Below are positions 19,064-29,676 of a DNA stretch of 64,000 nucleotides, piece after piece; within the stretch, counting starts at the first letter, position 1, and every line of letters starts with the position of its first letter. The position numbers were made by a program, and so were the translations under genes. Source of the stretch: Candidatus Latescibacterota bacterium (GTDB lineage: Bacteria; Latescibacterota; UBA2968). The stretch covers positions 2,656,001 through 2,720,000 of the forward strand of contig OZ240241.1 of assembly GCA_965198115.1 (NCBI GenBank), in the 5' to 3' direction. Below the pieces are notes generated by a model, which worked only from the letters and a program-made list of their open reading frames with translations, searched no databases and was not told where the DNA came from.

Positions 19064-19088
19064 CTTTTATTGACCCGGAAGGCACAGC

Positions 19089-20168
19089 ATGTTCGAACAG
19101 CTCGAAAAAGTCCTCGACCGCTACGACCAGATAACCACCGACATGACCACCCCCGAGGTCGCGACCAACCCTGAGAAGATTCGCGAGCTCTCGACGGAAC
19201 AGAGCGGCATGGAGGAACTCGTCCGGACCTACCGCACTTACCGTGACGTGGCCCGGGACCTCGACGAAGCCGACCAGATTCTGACCTCCTCGGATGACGA
19301 GGAACTTAAGGAAATGGCTGGCCTGGAGATCGAGGAACTGCGCCCACGCGAACAGGACCTGGCCGGTCGACTAAAGTTTCTGATGATCCCGAAAGACCCG
19401 AACGACGCCAAAAACACTCTCGTCGAAATCCGGGCCGGCACCGGGGGCGACGAGGCCGCTCTCTTTGCGAGCGATCTTTACCGGATGTATTGCAAGTTCG
19501 CGGAGGCGATTGGAGCCAAGGTCGAAACACTGTCATCGAACGCCACGGGCATCGGAGGCTTCAAAGAGATCATCTTCTCGGTCAACGGAAGGGACATCTT
19601 CAGCCATCTCAAGTTCGAGAGCGGTGTGCATCGCGTGCAGAGGGTACCCGAAACGGAGTCGAGTGGGCGCATCCACACCTCCACAGCCACGGTGGCCGTG
19701 CTTCCCGAAGCAGAGGAAGTCGATGTCGAGATCGACCCGGGCGACCTGAAGATTGACGTCTACCGATCATCGGGCCCCGGAGGTCAGAGCGTCAACACCA
19801 CCGACTCGGCTGTCCGGATCACCCACCAGCCCACCGGAATCGTCGTGCAAATCCAGGATGAGAAATCTCAGCACAAGAATCGAGCCAAGGCGCTCAAGGT
19901 GCTCCGATCCCGGCTTCTCGACGTAGCGATTCAGGAGCAGCACGCAAGAGAGTCGGCCAACCGGAAGCAGCAAGTTGGATCCGGCGATCGAAGCGCCAAA
20001 ATCCGAACTTACAACTATCCTCAAGGCCGGGTGACCGACCACCGCATCAAGCTGACGCTCCATCGGCTCGACGAAATCCTGAACGGCGATCTGAATGAAC
20101 TGATCGAAAAGCTACGTATCGCAGACCAAGCCGAAAAACTCGCCACTCAGGAAACCGCCGCGCCCTGA
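19089..20168 (+). CDS. prfA: Peptide chain release factor 1
   Basis: [22 protein letters not shown] (PxT), [23 protein letters not shown]. Confidence 0.98.
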   Translation: MFEQLEKVLDRYDQITTDMTTPEVATNPEKIRELSTEQSGMEELVRTYRTYRDVARDLDEADQILTSSDDEELKEMAGLEIEELRPREQDLAGRLKFLMIPKDPNDAKNTLVEIRAGTGGDEAALFASDLYRMYCKFAEAIGAKVETLSSNATGIGGFKEIIFSVNGRDIFSHLKFESGVHRVQRVPETESSGRIHTSTATVAVLPEAEEVDVEIDPGDLKIDVYRSSGPGGQSVNTTDSAVRITHQPTGIVVQIQDEKSQHKNRAKALKVLRSRLLDVAIQEQHARESANRKQQVGSGDRSAKIRTYNYPQGRVTDHRIKLTLHRLDEILNGDLNELIEKLRIADQAEKLATQETAAP

Positions 20169-20182
20169 CCACCGGTGATTCC

Positions 20183-21031
20183 GTGTCCCATACGGTTCGG
20201 TCCATCTTGGAAACCACGCGGCAGCGCCTCGCTTCTGCCGGTGTTGAACCCGTCTCGTCCGAGGTCGAATGGATCCTGGGCGACATTCTTCACGTTTCCC
20301 GATCCGACCTGTATGCGTCACCCGACCGCATCCTCGATCCGGCCGAGGCCGCTCGCCTCGAAGAGGTGGTTTCCCGTCGCGAGCGTCGCGAACCCCTGCA
20401 ATACATCCTCGGCAAGACGGAATTCTTCTCCCTCGAGTTCGAAATCACACCCGATGTCCTGGTTCCCCGCCCGGAGACCGAAACGGTCGTCGAGAGGGCG
20501 CTCGACTGCCTGCCGTCACACCGTCACGCTCGCATTCTCGACGTGGGAACCGGATCGGGAGCCATCGCCGTTTCACTCGCCGTCCACCGTCCCGAAACCA
20601 GCGTCCACGGTGTCGATATCTCTACCCGCGCACTCGCGACGGCGCGCCGGAATGCGGTCCTTCACAGCACGCGCCTACGGGGGTTTTGCGCCCACTTCGC
20701 TTTCCTTCCCACCCCTTCCGGCGTTTTCGACCTCGTCGTTTCCAATCCTCCCTACGTGGCCGATGCCGACCTGGCGGGCCTCGAACCGGAGGTTCGGTGT
20801 TTCGAGCCCCGACTGGCGCTCGCCGCCGGCCAAGAGGGTCTCGACGCCTACACCGCCCTCGTCCCCGAGGCGCACCGGGTACTCAAACCGGGCGGATGTC
20901 TGGTTTTGGAACTGCCCGGCACACGGGCAGACCGGGTCGAGGCGATCGCCCACACCCACTTTCGCTCTACCCAGCGCTTCGACGATCTGACGGGCAAGCC
21001 ACGCGTACTCCTTGGGCGAAAACTGGCGTAA
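20183..21031 (+). CDS. prmC: Release factor glutamine methyltransferase
   Basis: EPLQYILG, VLVPRPETE, LDVGTGSGAIA, SNPPY; follows prfA. Confidence 0.95.
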   Translation: MSHTVRSILETTRQRLASAGVEPVSSEVEWILGDILHVSRSDLYASPDRILDPAEAARLEEVVSRRERREPLQYILGKTEFFSLEFEITPDVLVPRPETETVVERALDCLPSHRHARILDVGTGSGAIAVSLAVHRPETSVHGVDISTRALATARRNAVLHSTRLRGFCAHFAFLPTPSGVFDLVVSNPPYVADADLAGLEPEVRCFEPRLALAAGQEGLDAYTALVPEAHRVLKPGGCLVLELPGTRADRVEAIAHTHFRSTQRFDDLTGKPRVLLGRKLA

Positions 21032-21080
21032 CGTCTTGTTTTAATAGACCGATGTGCCCAGATCCGACCCGGGAATTGGG

Positions 21081-21109
21081 TTGACTTACCGGGGCCTTTT
21101 TGTTAGGTT
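21081..21109 (+). promoter_or_regulatory. sigma70-type promoter for the polyprenyl synthase gene
   Basis: TTGACT-17 bp-TAGGTT with extended TG. Confidence 0.6.
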
Positions 21110-21151
21110 GAAGCGATTTTCTCCCGGTTTTTGCTCGGATCAAGCCCCATC

Positions 21152-22135
21152 ATGCAACCCTCGACCATCACATTCGATCAAGTCATCGCGCCAGTCGTGG
21201 ACCAGGTTCGAGACTTCGAGGACCGATTCAACGCCGCCCTCAACGCAGACGTTGAAAAAGTCCAGATCATGTCCCGTTACCTTCACGACAACCGGGGCAA
21301 GCATTTTCGACCGGCGCTCGCCCTCCTGTCGGCGGAGTCCGTCGGCGAATGTTCGGCCGACGCCGTCGAAGCCGCCGTCGGAATCGAGATCCTCCAGACC
21401 GGCACGCTCATTCACGACGATGTGCTCGACTCGGCCGACGTTCGACGCGGCGCAGAGGGCCTCCACGTCAAGTGGGGCAATCACGCGGCCATTCTGATGG
21501 GCGATTTCATGCTCGTCAAGGCCATGGAGATCCTCGTCGGGCTTCGATCACTAGATGTGATGGACGCGGCGACGCGGGCCATTCGCCGAATGATCGAAGG
21601 TGAGATCCTCGAAGACGAGAAGGGCAGCGACGGGGAACTCAGCATCTACTTCACGATGATCGACAAGAAAACGGCCTCCCTGTATGCGCTGGCATGCGAA
21701 GTCGGAGCCCTGCTCGGGGGCGGGGGCGCCGACGAGGTGCGTTGCCTGTCGTCGTTCGGCAACAACCTGGGGATGGCCTTCCAAATCACCGACGATCTAC
21801 TCGACTTCATCGGAGACGAAGAAACGCTCGGAAAGCCCGTCGGCAACGACATTCGCGAAAAGAAGCTCACCCTGCCGATCATCCGCGCGTTGCGCAATTG
21901 CGAAAACGGGGACGCCGACCAGATTCATCGGAAGGTCCAAATGGGCGTCGAAACGAACGAGGATTGGCAGGAGATTCGGGCCTTCGTCGAGCGCTACGGC
22001 GGTATCGAGCTCGCACGCGAGGAGGCGCGGGGCTATGCTCGGGCGGCGGAGGTCTCCCTCGAGTCACTCGCGCCATCCGAGGCCACCGACGCCCTCAGGA
22101 TGTCGATCCATCTTCTCGTCGACCGTCAACGGTAG
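21152..22135 (+). CDS. Long-chain polyprenyl diphosphate synthase (IspB/HepT family)
   Basis: GKHFRP, IHDDVLD..RRG, KTA, FQITDDLLD, GKPVGNDIRE.K.TLP. Confidence 0.92.
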   Translation: MQPSTITFDQVIAPVVDQVRDFEDRFNAALNADVEKVQIMSRYLHDNRGKHFRPALALLSAESVGECSADAVEAAVGIEILQTGTLIHDDVLDSADVRRGAEGLHVKWGNHAAILMGDFMLVKAMEILVGLRSLDVMDAATRAIRRMIEGEILEDEKGSDGELSIYFTMIDKKTASLYALACEVGALLGGGGADEVRCLSSFGNNLGMAFQITDDLLDFIGDEETLGKPVGNDIREKKLTLPIIRALRNCENGDADQIHRKVQMGVETNEDWQEIRAFVERYGGIELAREEARGYARAAEVSLESLAPSEATDALRMSIHLLVDRQR

Positions 22136-22160
22136 ACAGCAACTCCAACGGACACGAGGC

Positions 22161-22196
22161 CGATCCAGGATCTGGGCGTCTGGATCGCTTTTTTTT
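22161..22196 (+). terminator. Intrinsic terminator
   Basis: cgatccag/ctggatcg stem followed by T8. Confidence 0.7.
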
Positions 22197-22229
22197 CCCT
22201 TCGGGGTTTAGGGAGCCACAGACAAAAAA

Positions 22230-24746
22230 ATGAAGCGAGATTCCTGGCGTTCACTCATCATCGTCGGCACCCTCCTGGTTGCCTTCTACTACCTCTACCC
22301 CACCTACCAGTTCTACTTTGCGCCCCCGAGGAATCCCGATCGGCTCGAACAGGTAAAAGAAAAGAGCATCAACCTCGGCCTCGACCTGCAGGGCGGCATC
22401 CATCTGGTGCTCGAAGTCGACCCGAGCAGGCTCTCCGTCGACGAGCGAAGCGACGTCGTCGAGCGCGCGAAGGAAGTCATCACCAACCGTATCGACCAGT
22501 TCGGTGTCGCCGAACCCATCATCCATCGCGAAGGTGAATGGCGCATCGTCGTCGAGCTGCCGGGCGTACAGGATGTCGAAAGAGCAAAGGACCTGATCGG
22601 CGAACGCGCCCGACTCGAGTTCAAGATCCTCAAGTCGTCGATCGAGCGAACGTCCATCCTCGATAAAATCGACACCTTCCTCGCCGCCACCCACGCCGAT
22701 AGCGGATCCAGCGCGGGGCTGGACGACATCTTCAGCAGCGAGGAGACACCCTCACTCAGACAATACATCCTGCAGAACTATGGAGGTGCCGACTGGATGG
22801 TTCCGGCCGACGACCTCCAGACCGTCGGTCGCATCCTCGGCGAGACGGCTCACCTTGTGCCCTCCGACGGGGACTTTGTGTGGGGCAGCAAGCTCGAAGA
22901 GATGGCCGACGGGAACCCGTATCGACGTCTCTACTACCTGCGGAAGAAAGTCGAGATGACGGGCGAAATCGTGAAGGATGCCAAGGTCACACGAGGCCAG
23001 AGCTTCGAGAACGCCGGACAGCCGATCATCAACTTTACGACCACCGACGAAGGTGTAAAAATCTTCTCCCGTGTGACGGGCGCCCACGTCGACGAACGGA
23101 TGGCCATCATCCTCGACAATCGTGTCTACTCTGCGCCAACGATCCAGGTCAAGATCCGGGACGGCCGATCCGTCATCACCGGCAGCGGCTCCATCGAAGA
23201 AGCCAAAGACCTCGCGATCGTCCTGCGCTCCGGGTCGTTGCCGGCCGACGTCAACATCGTCGAGGACCGCACGGTCGGCCCCTCACTCGGTCGCGACTCG
23301 ATCCTGCAGGGGCGGCAGGCCGCCACGATCGGGCTGGCCATCGTCCTCGTTTTCATGATCCTCTACTACGGCTTTTCCGGTATCGTCGCCGACCTGGCTC
23401 TCGTCCTCAACCTGGTCTTCGTACTGGCCGTTCTCGCAGGGTTCGGGGGCACGCTGACGCTGCCCGGAATCGCCGGCATCATTCTCACGATCGGCATGGC
23501 GGTCGATGCCAACGTTCTGATCTTCGAACGCGTCCGGGAAGAGTTGCGGGCGGGAAAGACGATCCGCGCCGCGCTCGAAAATGGCTACGGCCGGGCGTTT
23601 TTGACCATCTTCGACGCCAATCTCACGACCGTCATTACCGCCATCGTCCTCTATCAATTCGGTACCGGCCCGATCAAAGGATTCGCGCTCACCCTGATGA
23701 TCGGAATCGTCTCCAGCATGTTCACGTCCCTGTTCGTCACCCGAACGGTCTTCAACCTCGCGCTCGGGGACCGCAGCAGTCTCAGCATCGGCAGGTTCAC
23801 GATCTTTCGCGACCCCCAGATCAGATTCCTCAGGCTTCGCCGCGCCGGTTTTGCGGTTTCGCTTATCGTCATTCTGATCGGTCTCGGATCGACCGTCGTC
23901 AAGGGTGGCTACAATCTCGGCATCGACTTCCGCGGTGGTACCCTGCTGGAGCTCCACTTCGACCCACCCGTTTCGGTCGGCAACATCCGGGACGCCCTCT
24001 CCAGCGTGAGCGTCCAGGATCAGAACGTCGACCTGCGACAGAGCGAAATCAAAGAGTTCGGCACACCCAACGACATCCTGATCCGTGTCGAGGAAAGCGC
24101 ACAGGGGACGGCCATAGCCGACGGAATCAAAACAGCATTGTCCACGCGCTTCAGCGAGAGTGTGAACAACCCTGTCGATTGGCTGCGGCGTCAAGAAGCC
24201 GTCGGCCCCAAGATCGGTGAAGAGCTCAAGGGTGACGCGGTCAACGCCATCATCGTCTCGTTACTGCTGATCATCCTTTACATCTGGATCCGATTCAAAC
24301 GCATTCACTACGGTGTGGCCGCCGTCATCGCACTGTTCCACGACATTCTGATCACGCTCGGCGTGTTCTCGCTCCTCGAGAAGGAGATCTCGTTAGCCAT
24401 CGTCGCCGCGCTCCTCACGATCGTCGGCTACTCTCTCAACGATACGATCGTCGTCTTCGATCGTGTACGCGAAGACCTGAGGCTCTATCGCCGAGAGACG
24501 TTCAGAGAGATCCTGGACAGAAGCATCAACGAATGCCTGAACCGCACGCTCCTCACTTCTAGCACGACGCTCCTCGTGGTCGTTGCCCTCTTCGCCCTCG
24601 GGGGTGAAGTGATCCACGACTTCGCCCTCGCCCTGATCGTCGGTGTCATCGTCGGAACCTACTCGTCTTCTTTCGTTGCGAGCCCGATCGTCTACGAGTG
24701 GCTCGGACGCTCCGAGATCCGCGGCCGGAGGGCCGAAGCCGCGTAA
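22230..24746 (+). CDS. secDF: Fused protein translocase subunit SecDF
   Basis: LGLDLQGG, VGPSLG, GMAVDANVLIFER (SecD); GIDFRGG, VGP.IG.EL, GYSLNDTIVVFDR (SecF). Confidence 0.96.
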   Translation: MKRDSWRSLIIVGTLLVAFYYLYPTYQFYFAPPRNPDRLEQVKEKSINLGLDLQGGIHLVLEVDPSRLSVDERSDVVERAKEVITNRIDQFGVAEPIIHREGEWRIVVELPGVQDVERAKDLIGERARLEFKILKSSIERTSILDKIDTFLAATHADSGSSAGLDDIFSSEETPSLRQYILQNYGGADWMVPADDLQTVGRILGETAHLVPSDGDFVWGSKLEEMADGNPYRRLYYLRKKVEMTGEIVKDAKVTRGQSFENAGQPIINFTTTDEGVKIFSRVTGAHVDERMAIILDNRVYSAPTIQVKIRDGRSVITGSGSIEEAKDLAIVLRSGSLPADVNIVEDRTVGPSLGRDSILQGRQAATIGLAIVLVFMILYYGFSGIVADLALVLNLVFVLAVLAGFGGTLTLPGIAGIILTIGMAVDANVLIFERVREELRAGKTIRAALENGYGRAFLTIFDANLTTVITAIVLYQFGTGPIKGFALTLMIGIVSSMFTSLFVTRTVFNLALGDRSSLSIGRFTIFRDPQIRFLRLRRAGFAVSLIVILIGLGSTVVKGGYNLGIDFRGGTLLELHFDPPVSVGNIRDALSSVSVQDQNVDLRQSEIKEFGTPNDILIRVEESAQGTAIADGIKTALSTRFSESVNNPVDWLRRQEAVGPKIGEELKGDAVNAIIVSLLLIILYIWIRFKRIHYGVAAVIALFHDILITLGVFSLLEKEISLAIVAALLTIVGYSLNDTIVVFDRVREDLRLYRRETFREILDRSINECLNRTLLTSSTTLLVVVALFALGGEVIHDFALALIVGVIVGTYSSSFVASPIVYEWLGRSEIRGRRAEAA

Positions 24747-24773
24747 CGTCTAGACCCGCATCCCGAAACGCCA

Positions 24774-24807
24774 AAGGCCCCGGACATCCTTCGATGCTCG
24801 GGGCCTT
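24774..24807. terminator. Hairpin between the convergent secDF and PBP1A genes
   Basis: aaggcccc...ggggcctt stem with inner catc/gatg; no clear U-tract. Confidence 0.5.
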
Positions 24808-24824
24808 GCCGCGTTCTACTGAAC

Positions 24825-26954
24825 TCAGAACTGATAGCTGCCGCGAGGCTTGCTGTCTTTCTTTTTCCGCTTGGGGGGCGTCGAAACCGAGGCCTTCGAC
24901 GTATGCATCGGGCACGTTCTCGCGGGCTCTGTGCCCGGGATGAACACTTCTCGGAAAGGGCTCGGACAGTAGATGGTTGCCACGTCGTAGGTGTCGCTGC
25001 ACACCTCGACCCGCGGCACCGAAGCAGGCAATTCAAAATCCTCCGCCGACAGTTCGAGGGCCTCGTGCGCCCGCTTCATGAAGTTGGTCCAGATCGGCAG
25101 CGCGACGACGGCACCCGACATGCGGTCGCCCAGCGACACCTTCGCGTCGAACCCCACCCAGACACCGGCAACGAGCCGGGGCGTGAACCCCACGAACCAG
25201 GCGTCGGCAAAGTTCTGGGTCGTACCTGTCTTGCCCGCAGCGGGACGCCTGAATCGGTAGGGGAATCGTCTCGCGCCGTGACCCGTTCCTCGGGGCTCAT
25301 CCATGACCGATTGCATCATGCTGACCATCACGGCCGCAGTCTCGGTGCTCAGGGCAACCTCCTCTTTCCCCTGAACCTGCTCCTCCAGAACTTCGCCGCT
25401 CTTGCCGTAGATCCTCGTGATGCCGATGGGCGAGACGTGAATGCCGCGGTTGGGGTACACGCCGTAGGCGGAAACCATGTCCAGCAGGTAGACTTCGCTC
25501 GTACCCATGGCCAACGACAGATACGGCCGGATGCGACCGGAGATGCCAAGCCTTCGTGCGTATCTCACCCCCGTTCGGGGCCCGATGCGTTGAAGGACCT
25601 GGGTCGTCACGACGTTGCGAGACATGAAAAGCCCCTCGCGCATCGTCATCCAGCCCAGGAACTTTCGATCGTAATTCTCTGGCTGCCAATAGGTCCCATC
25701 GGCCATCTCGATCGACACGGCGGTGTCGGGCAGTCTGAGCGTCGGCTTGAGACCTTTGTCGATGGCTGCCGTGTAGATGAACGGCTTGAACGACGACCCG
25801 GGCTGTCGGAGGGCCTGCACGGCTCGGTTGAACTTGCTCTCCGTAAAGTCTCGCCCGCCCACCATCGCCAGAATGTGACCCGACTGAGGGTCGAGCGCCA
25901 CGAGCGCACCCTGGACAACGGTCGCCGCAACCGTGTCGGCCGCCGTCTCGATACCTGCCCAGAATATCGAATCGGGCGGGTTTCGGAGACGGCGTTCATC
26001 CACCATGCGCTGAATGTCCGCCAGCCGACGATCCAGCACTTGCTCGGCAATCCGTTGCACGCGGGAATCGAGGGTCGTGTAGACCGAAACCCCATCTCGG
26101 TAGAGCTGCTCGACGCCGTAGGTCTTCTCGATGTATTGCCGCACATACTCCGTAAAGTAGGGGGCCTCTCCCGTTTCTTCCTCCAGAGGCTTTAGCAGAA
26201 TCGGACGAAGACGCGCAGAACGATAGTCCGCCTGCCTCAGCCGACCCGACCGAAGCATCTGACGCAACACGAGATCGCGCCGGTCCTTCGCCCTGCGGGG
26301 ATGGTTCACGGGAGAATAAAAATAGGGCCCCTTGAGGAGCCCTACGAGAAGAGCACATTCATCGGCCGTCATCTCTTTGCTACGCTTGCCGAAAAAGCGC
26401 TGCGCGGCGGCTTCGATCCCGTGCGCGCCACGGCCGAACAGCATGCGATTGAAGTACTTTTCGATGATCTCCCGTTTCGTGTAGGTCCGTTCGAGCAGGA
26501 CGGCCGTCATCTGCTCCTGGATCTTACGCGAAAACGTCTGCTCTTGGGTCAGGAAGATGTTGCGAGCCAGCTGCTGGGTGATCGTGCTCGCGCCGTGGCC
26601 CTTGAGGCTGCCCTCCACCCACAGGTTTCGCACGACGACGCGAAAAATGTCGGGAATGCTCACACCCCAGTGATGCCAGAAGTGTTGATCCTCGGTCGCA
26701 ATCAGGGCGTCGATCGCCGCATCAGGCAGCAGGTCATAAGTAATCGGATCCCGTCGCTGAACCCAGAACTTTCGCAGGATCTTTCCATCCGCCGAATAGA
26801 TGTTCGTCGTTCGCGCAGGATCGACGTTTTCCAGCTCATCGAACGACGGCAGACCGCCCTTGAACCTCAAAATGACGGCGGCGGCGACGCCTGCGTAGAG
26901 TGTCGCGCAGATCGTGCAGTAGAGCAGAGCTCGAAGCAGGTAATGTCGGAACAT
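24825..26954 (-). CDS. Class A penicillin-binding protein (PBP1A family)
   Basis: N-terminal TM; transglycosylase ED..F..H.G, GASTITQQL; transpeptidase SSFK, SRN, KTGT. Confidence 0.95.
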   Translation of the reverse strand: MFRHYLLRALLYCTICATLYAGVAAAVILRFKGGLPSFDELENVDPARTTNIYSADGKILRKFWVQRRDPITYDLLPDAAIDALIATEDQHFWHHWGVSIPDIFRVVVRNLWVEGSLKGHGASTITQQLARNIFLTQEQTFSRKIQEQMTAVLLERTYTKREIIEKYFNRMLFGRGAHGIEAAAQRFFGKRSKEMTADECALLVGLLKGPYFYSPVNHPRRAKDRRDLVLRQMLRSGRLRQADYRSARLRPILLKPLEEETGEAPYFTEYVRQYIEKTYGVEQLYRDGVSVYTTLDSRVQRIAEQVLDRRLADIQRMVDERRLRNPPDSIFWAGIETAADTVAATVVQGALVALDPQSGHILAMVGGRDFTESKFNRAVQALRQPGSSFKPFIYTAAIDKGLKPTLRLPDTAVSIEMADGTYWQPENYDRKFLGWMTMREGLFMSRNVVTTQVLQRIGPRTGVRYARRLGISGRIRPYLSLAMGTSEVYLLDMVSAYGVYPNRGIHVSPIGITRIYGKSGEVLEEQVQGKEEVALSTETAAVMVSMMQSVMDEPRGTGHGARRFPYRFRRPAAGKTGTTQNFADAWFVGFTPRLVAGVWVGFDAKVSLGDRMSGAVVALPIWTNFMKRAHEALELSAEDFELPASVPRVEVCSDTYDVATIYCPSPFREVFIPGTEPARTCPMHTSKASVSTPPKRKKKDSKPRGSYQF

Positions 26955-26971
26955 GCGTATCAGGATACCCG

Positions 26972-29644
26972 TTAGGACAGGGCAGCGAGGGTCTCACGCA
27001 AGCGCCCAGCCGTCGTCTCGTACTCGGCCTTTCGTCTCCGCTCGTTCTCGACGATATCGGCCGGTGCGTTTTGCAAGAAGCGCTCATTCGCCAGTTTCTT
27101 TTCTAGCCCCGTCAGCGCTTTCGACAACCGGTCCAGCTCCTTCTCCTGCCGCTGCCGCTCCACATCCAGGTCGATCAACCCCGCGAGCGGCACGTAGAGT
27201 TCGGCATCGGTCAGCACCGCCGTACCAGACGCCGGCGGACGCTCGGCGTCCGCGGCGATCTCGACACGGTCCAGACGGGCGAGTTCCCGGATCGCATCGG
27301 CCGCCGCGGCCAGGACCTCGCGACGTGCGTCGTCCGGCATCCTCACGACGAGATCCGCGCGCTTGGAGGGCGGCACGTGCATCGTCCCGCGAATGTTCCG
27401 GACCGCCCCCACAACTTCCTGAATCAAGCCGACCTCCGATTCCGCCGTCTCATCGTAAAACGACGTGTTCGCCTCCGGCCACTCGGCCACGATGAGGGCG
27501 TCGCCATCGTGCGGGCACTGTTGCCAGAGCTCCTCCGAAATAAACGGCACGACGGGATGCAGCATCCTCAGCGTTCCCTCGAGGACGTGCGCCAGAATGT
27601 TCTGGACCTCCTCGCGTGACTGCGCGTCTCCGCCATTCAGACGCACCTTCGCAAGCTCCACATACCAGTCGCAATAGCTGTTCCAGACGAATTCGTAGAG
27701 GGTTCGGGATGCCTCGTCGAATCGATACGCTTCGAGGGCGTGTGTCACCGTGTCGATCGTTCGGTGATACTGACTCAGGATCCACCGATCCGCCACGTCG
27801 GACGGAGCCGCGGGCGGCGACAGCAAAGCCGGATCGGACGCATCCCGATCGGAGAGGTTCATTAACACGAAGCGCGAGGCGTTCCAAACCTTGTTGCAAA
27901 AATTCCGGCACGACTCGGTTATCGGCGAATCCTGCAAGTGGTTGTCCACGACCTCGGCGTCGAATCGAATGTCCTGTGAGCTGCCGCACTGGTAGAGCAG
28001 CGACAGCCGAGTCGCGTCGGTGCCGTAGCGTTCGATCAACTCCCGCGGGTCGATGCCCGTGCCGAGGGACTTGCTCATGCGTTTTCCGTCGCGGGTCTGT
28101 ACGGTCGGGTGAACAAGAACCGTTCGGAACGGGATCTCCTTCACGAACTCCGTCGCCGTCATGATCATCCGAATCACCCAGAGGTAGAGAATTTGACGAT
28201 CGGTAATCATCACGTCGGTCGGATGGTAGGTCGCCAGGTCGTCCGTCTGATCCGGCCACCCCAGCGTGGCGAACGGCCAGAGTGCCGAGCTGAACCACGT
28301 ATCCAGCACGTCGGGATCCTGCTCGTAGGCTTCGACGTCCTCCGGTGGCTCGATCTGAACCTTCACTATTCCGGTCTGTTTGTGCGTCCACGCTGGGATG
28401 CGATGTCCCCACCAGATCTGGCGCGAGATGCACCAATCCCTGATGTTCTCGAGCCAGTCGATCGAGTATTCTCGAAAACGGTCGGGAACGTAGGTCACGT
28501 CCTTCCGACGAAGGGTGGGCAGAATCAGGTCCGCCAGGTCGCGCATGGACACGAACCACTGTTCCAGCAGAAGGGGTTCGATCACCGTGCCACATCGATC
28601 GTGGTGGGGCACGGCGTGATCGTGATCGTCGATCTTGACCAGCAACCCCTGCGCTTGGAGTTCGGCCACGACCGCCTCTCGACAGGCATAGCGGTCCTGC
28701 CCCGCAAATCGTCCAGCGTCCTCCGTCATCGCCCCGTCCAGCCCGATCACCTGGATTTCCGGCAGGTCGTGGCGTCGCCCGATCTCGTAGTCGTTCGGGT
28801 CGTGGGCGGGGGTCACCTTGACGGCGCCGCTCCCCATCTCCGGGTCAGCAGCGTCATCGGCCACGATCGGAATGGATCTGTCCATAAGAGGGAGTCGCAC
28901 CCGTTTGCCGATCGCGCCCTGCCACCTCCCGTCCGTTGGATGAACGGCCACCCCCGTGTCGCCGAGCATGGTCTCGGGACGTGTCGTGGCCACGACGACA
29001 TCGTGGTCACCTTCGATACCCGGGTATCGGATATGCCAGAGATGCCCGTGAACGTCGTTCTCCTCCAGCTCCAGGTCGGAAACCACGGATTCGCATTGCG
29101 GACACCAGTTCACGATCCGCCGCCCGCGGTAGATCCAACCCCGATCGTAAAACCGGACGAACGTCTGCAGCACGGCACGCACGTAACCTTCGTCCATCGT
29201 GTATCGCTCGCGCGACCAGTCGTAGCTGCACCCGAGATCCCTCAACTGCTGCAGGATGGTGTTCCCATAGTTTTCCTTCCACGCTTCGACCCTCTCGAGC
29301 ATTTCCTCTCGGCCGATGTCGTGCCGCGTCTTTCCTTCCTCTTCCTGAATCCGCTCCTCTACCTTCATCTGCGTTCCGATCCCGGCGTGATCCGTTCCGG
29401 GCAGGCAGAGGGTCCGGCGCCCCTGCATGCGCCGCCACCGAACGATCGTGTCGTGAATGGCGTGCTGGAGGGCGTGACCCATGTGAAGTTCCCCCGTCAC
29501 GTTGGGCGGAGGAATCGTGACCGAAAACGGTTCACCGTCCGGGTTCGACTCGGGCCGGAAATAGCCCCCCTCGTCCCAGAAGGTGTACCACTTTTTCTCT
29601 ACCGCATTCGGGTCGTAGGTCTTTTCGAGAAGTGCGTCCGTCAT
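26972..29644 (-). CDS. valS: Valine--tRNA ligase
   Basis: PPPNVTGELHMGH, GTDHAGI, ATTRPET, DWCISRQIWWGH, RMSKS, C-terminal coiled coil; ATG at 29644. Confidence 0.97.
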   Translation of the reverse strand: MTDALLEKTYDPNAVEKKWYTFWDEGGYFRPESNPDGEPFSVTIPPPNVTGELHMGHALQHAIHDTIVRWRRMQGRRTLCLPGTDHAGIGTQMKVEERIQEEEGKTRHDIGREEMLERVEAWKENYGNTILQQLRDLGCSYDWSRERYTMDEGYVRAVLQTFVRFYDRGWIYRGRRIVNWCPQCESVVSDLELEENDVHGHLWHIRYPGIEGDHDVVVATTRPETMLGDTGVAVHPTDGRWQGAIGKRVRLPLMDRSIPIVADDAADPEMGSGAVKVTPAHDPNDYEIGRRHDLPEIQVIGLDGAMTEDAGRFAGQDRYACREAVVAELQAQGLLVKIDDHDHAVPHHDRCGTVIEPLLLEQWFVSMRDLADLILPTLRRKDVTYVPDRFREYSIDWLENIRDWCISRQIWWGHRIPAWTHKQTGIVKVQIEPPEDVEAYEQDPDVLDTWFSSALWPFATLGWPDQTDDLATYHPTDVMITDRQILYLWVIRMIMTATEFVKEIPFRTVLVHPTVQTRDGKRMSKSLGTGIDPRELIERYGTDATRLSLLYQCGSSQDIRFDAEVVDNHLQDSPITESCRNFCNKVWNASRFVLMNLSDRDASDPALLSPPAAPSDVADRWILSQYHRTIDTVTHALEAYRFDEASRTLYEFVWNSYCDWYVELAKVRLNGGDAQSREEVQNILAHVLEGTLRMLHPVVPFISEELWQQCPHDGDALIVAEWPEANTSFYDETAESEVGLIQEVVGAVRNIRGTMHVPPSKRADLVVRMPDDARREVLAAAADAIRELARLDRVEIAADAERPPASGTAVLTDAELYVPLAGLIDLDVERQRQEKELDRLSKALTGLEKKLANERFLQNAPADIVENERRRKAEYETTAGRLRETLAALS

Positions 29645-29676
29645 GGGGTTCCGTTGGTCAATAGGTCCAGGGGACG

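Noticed and set aside
22230-24746. SecD-SecF fusion as a novelty
   Set aside because: Common in many phyla
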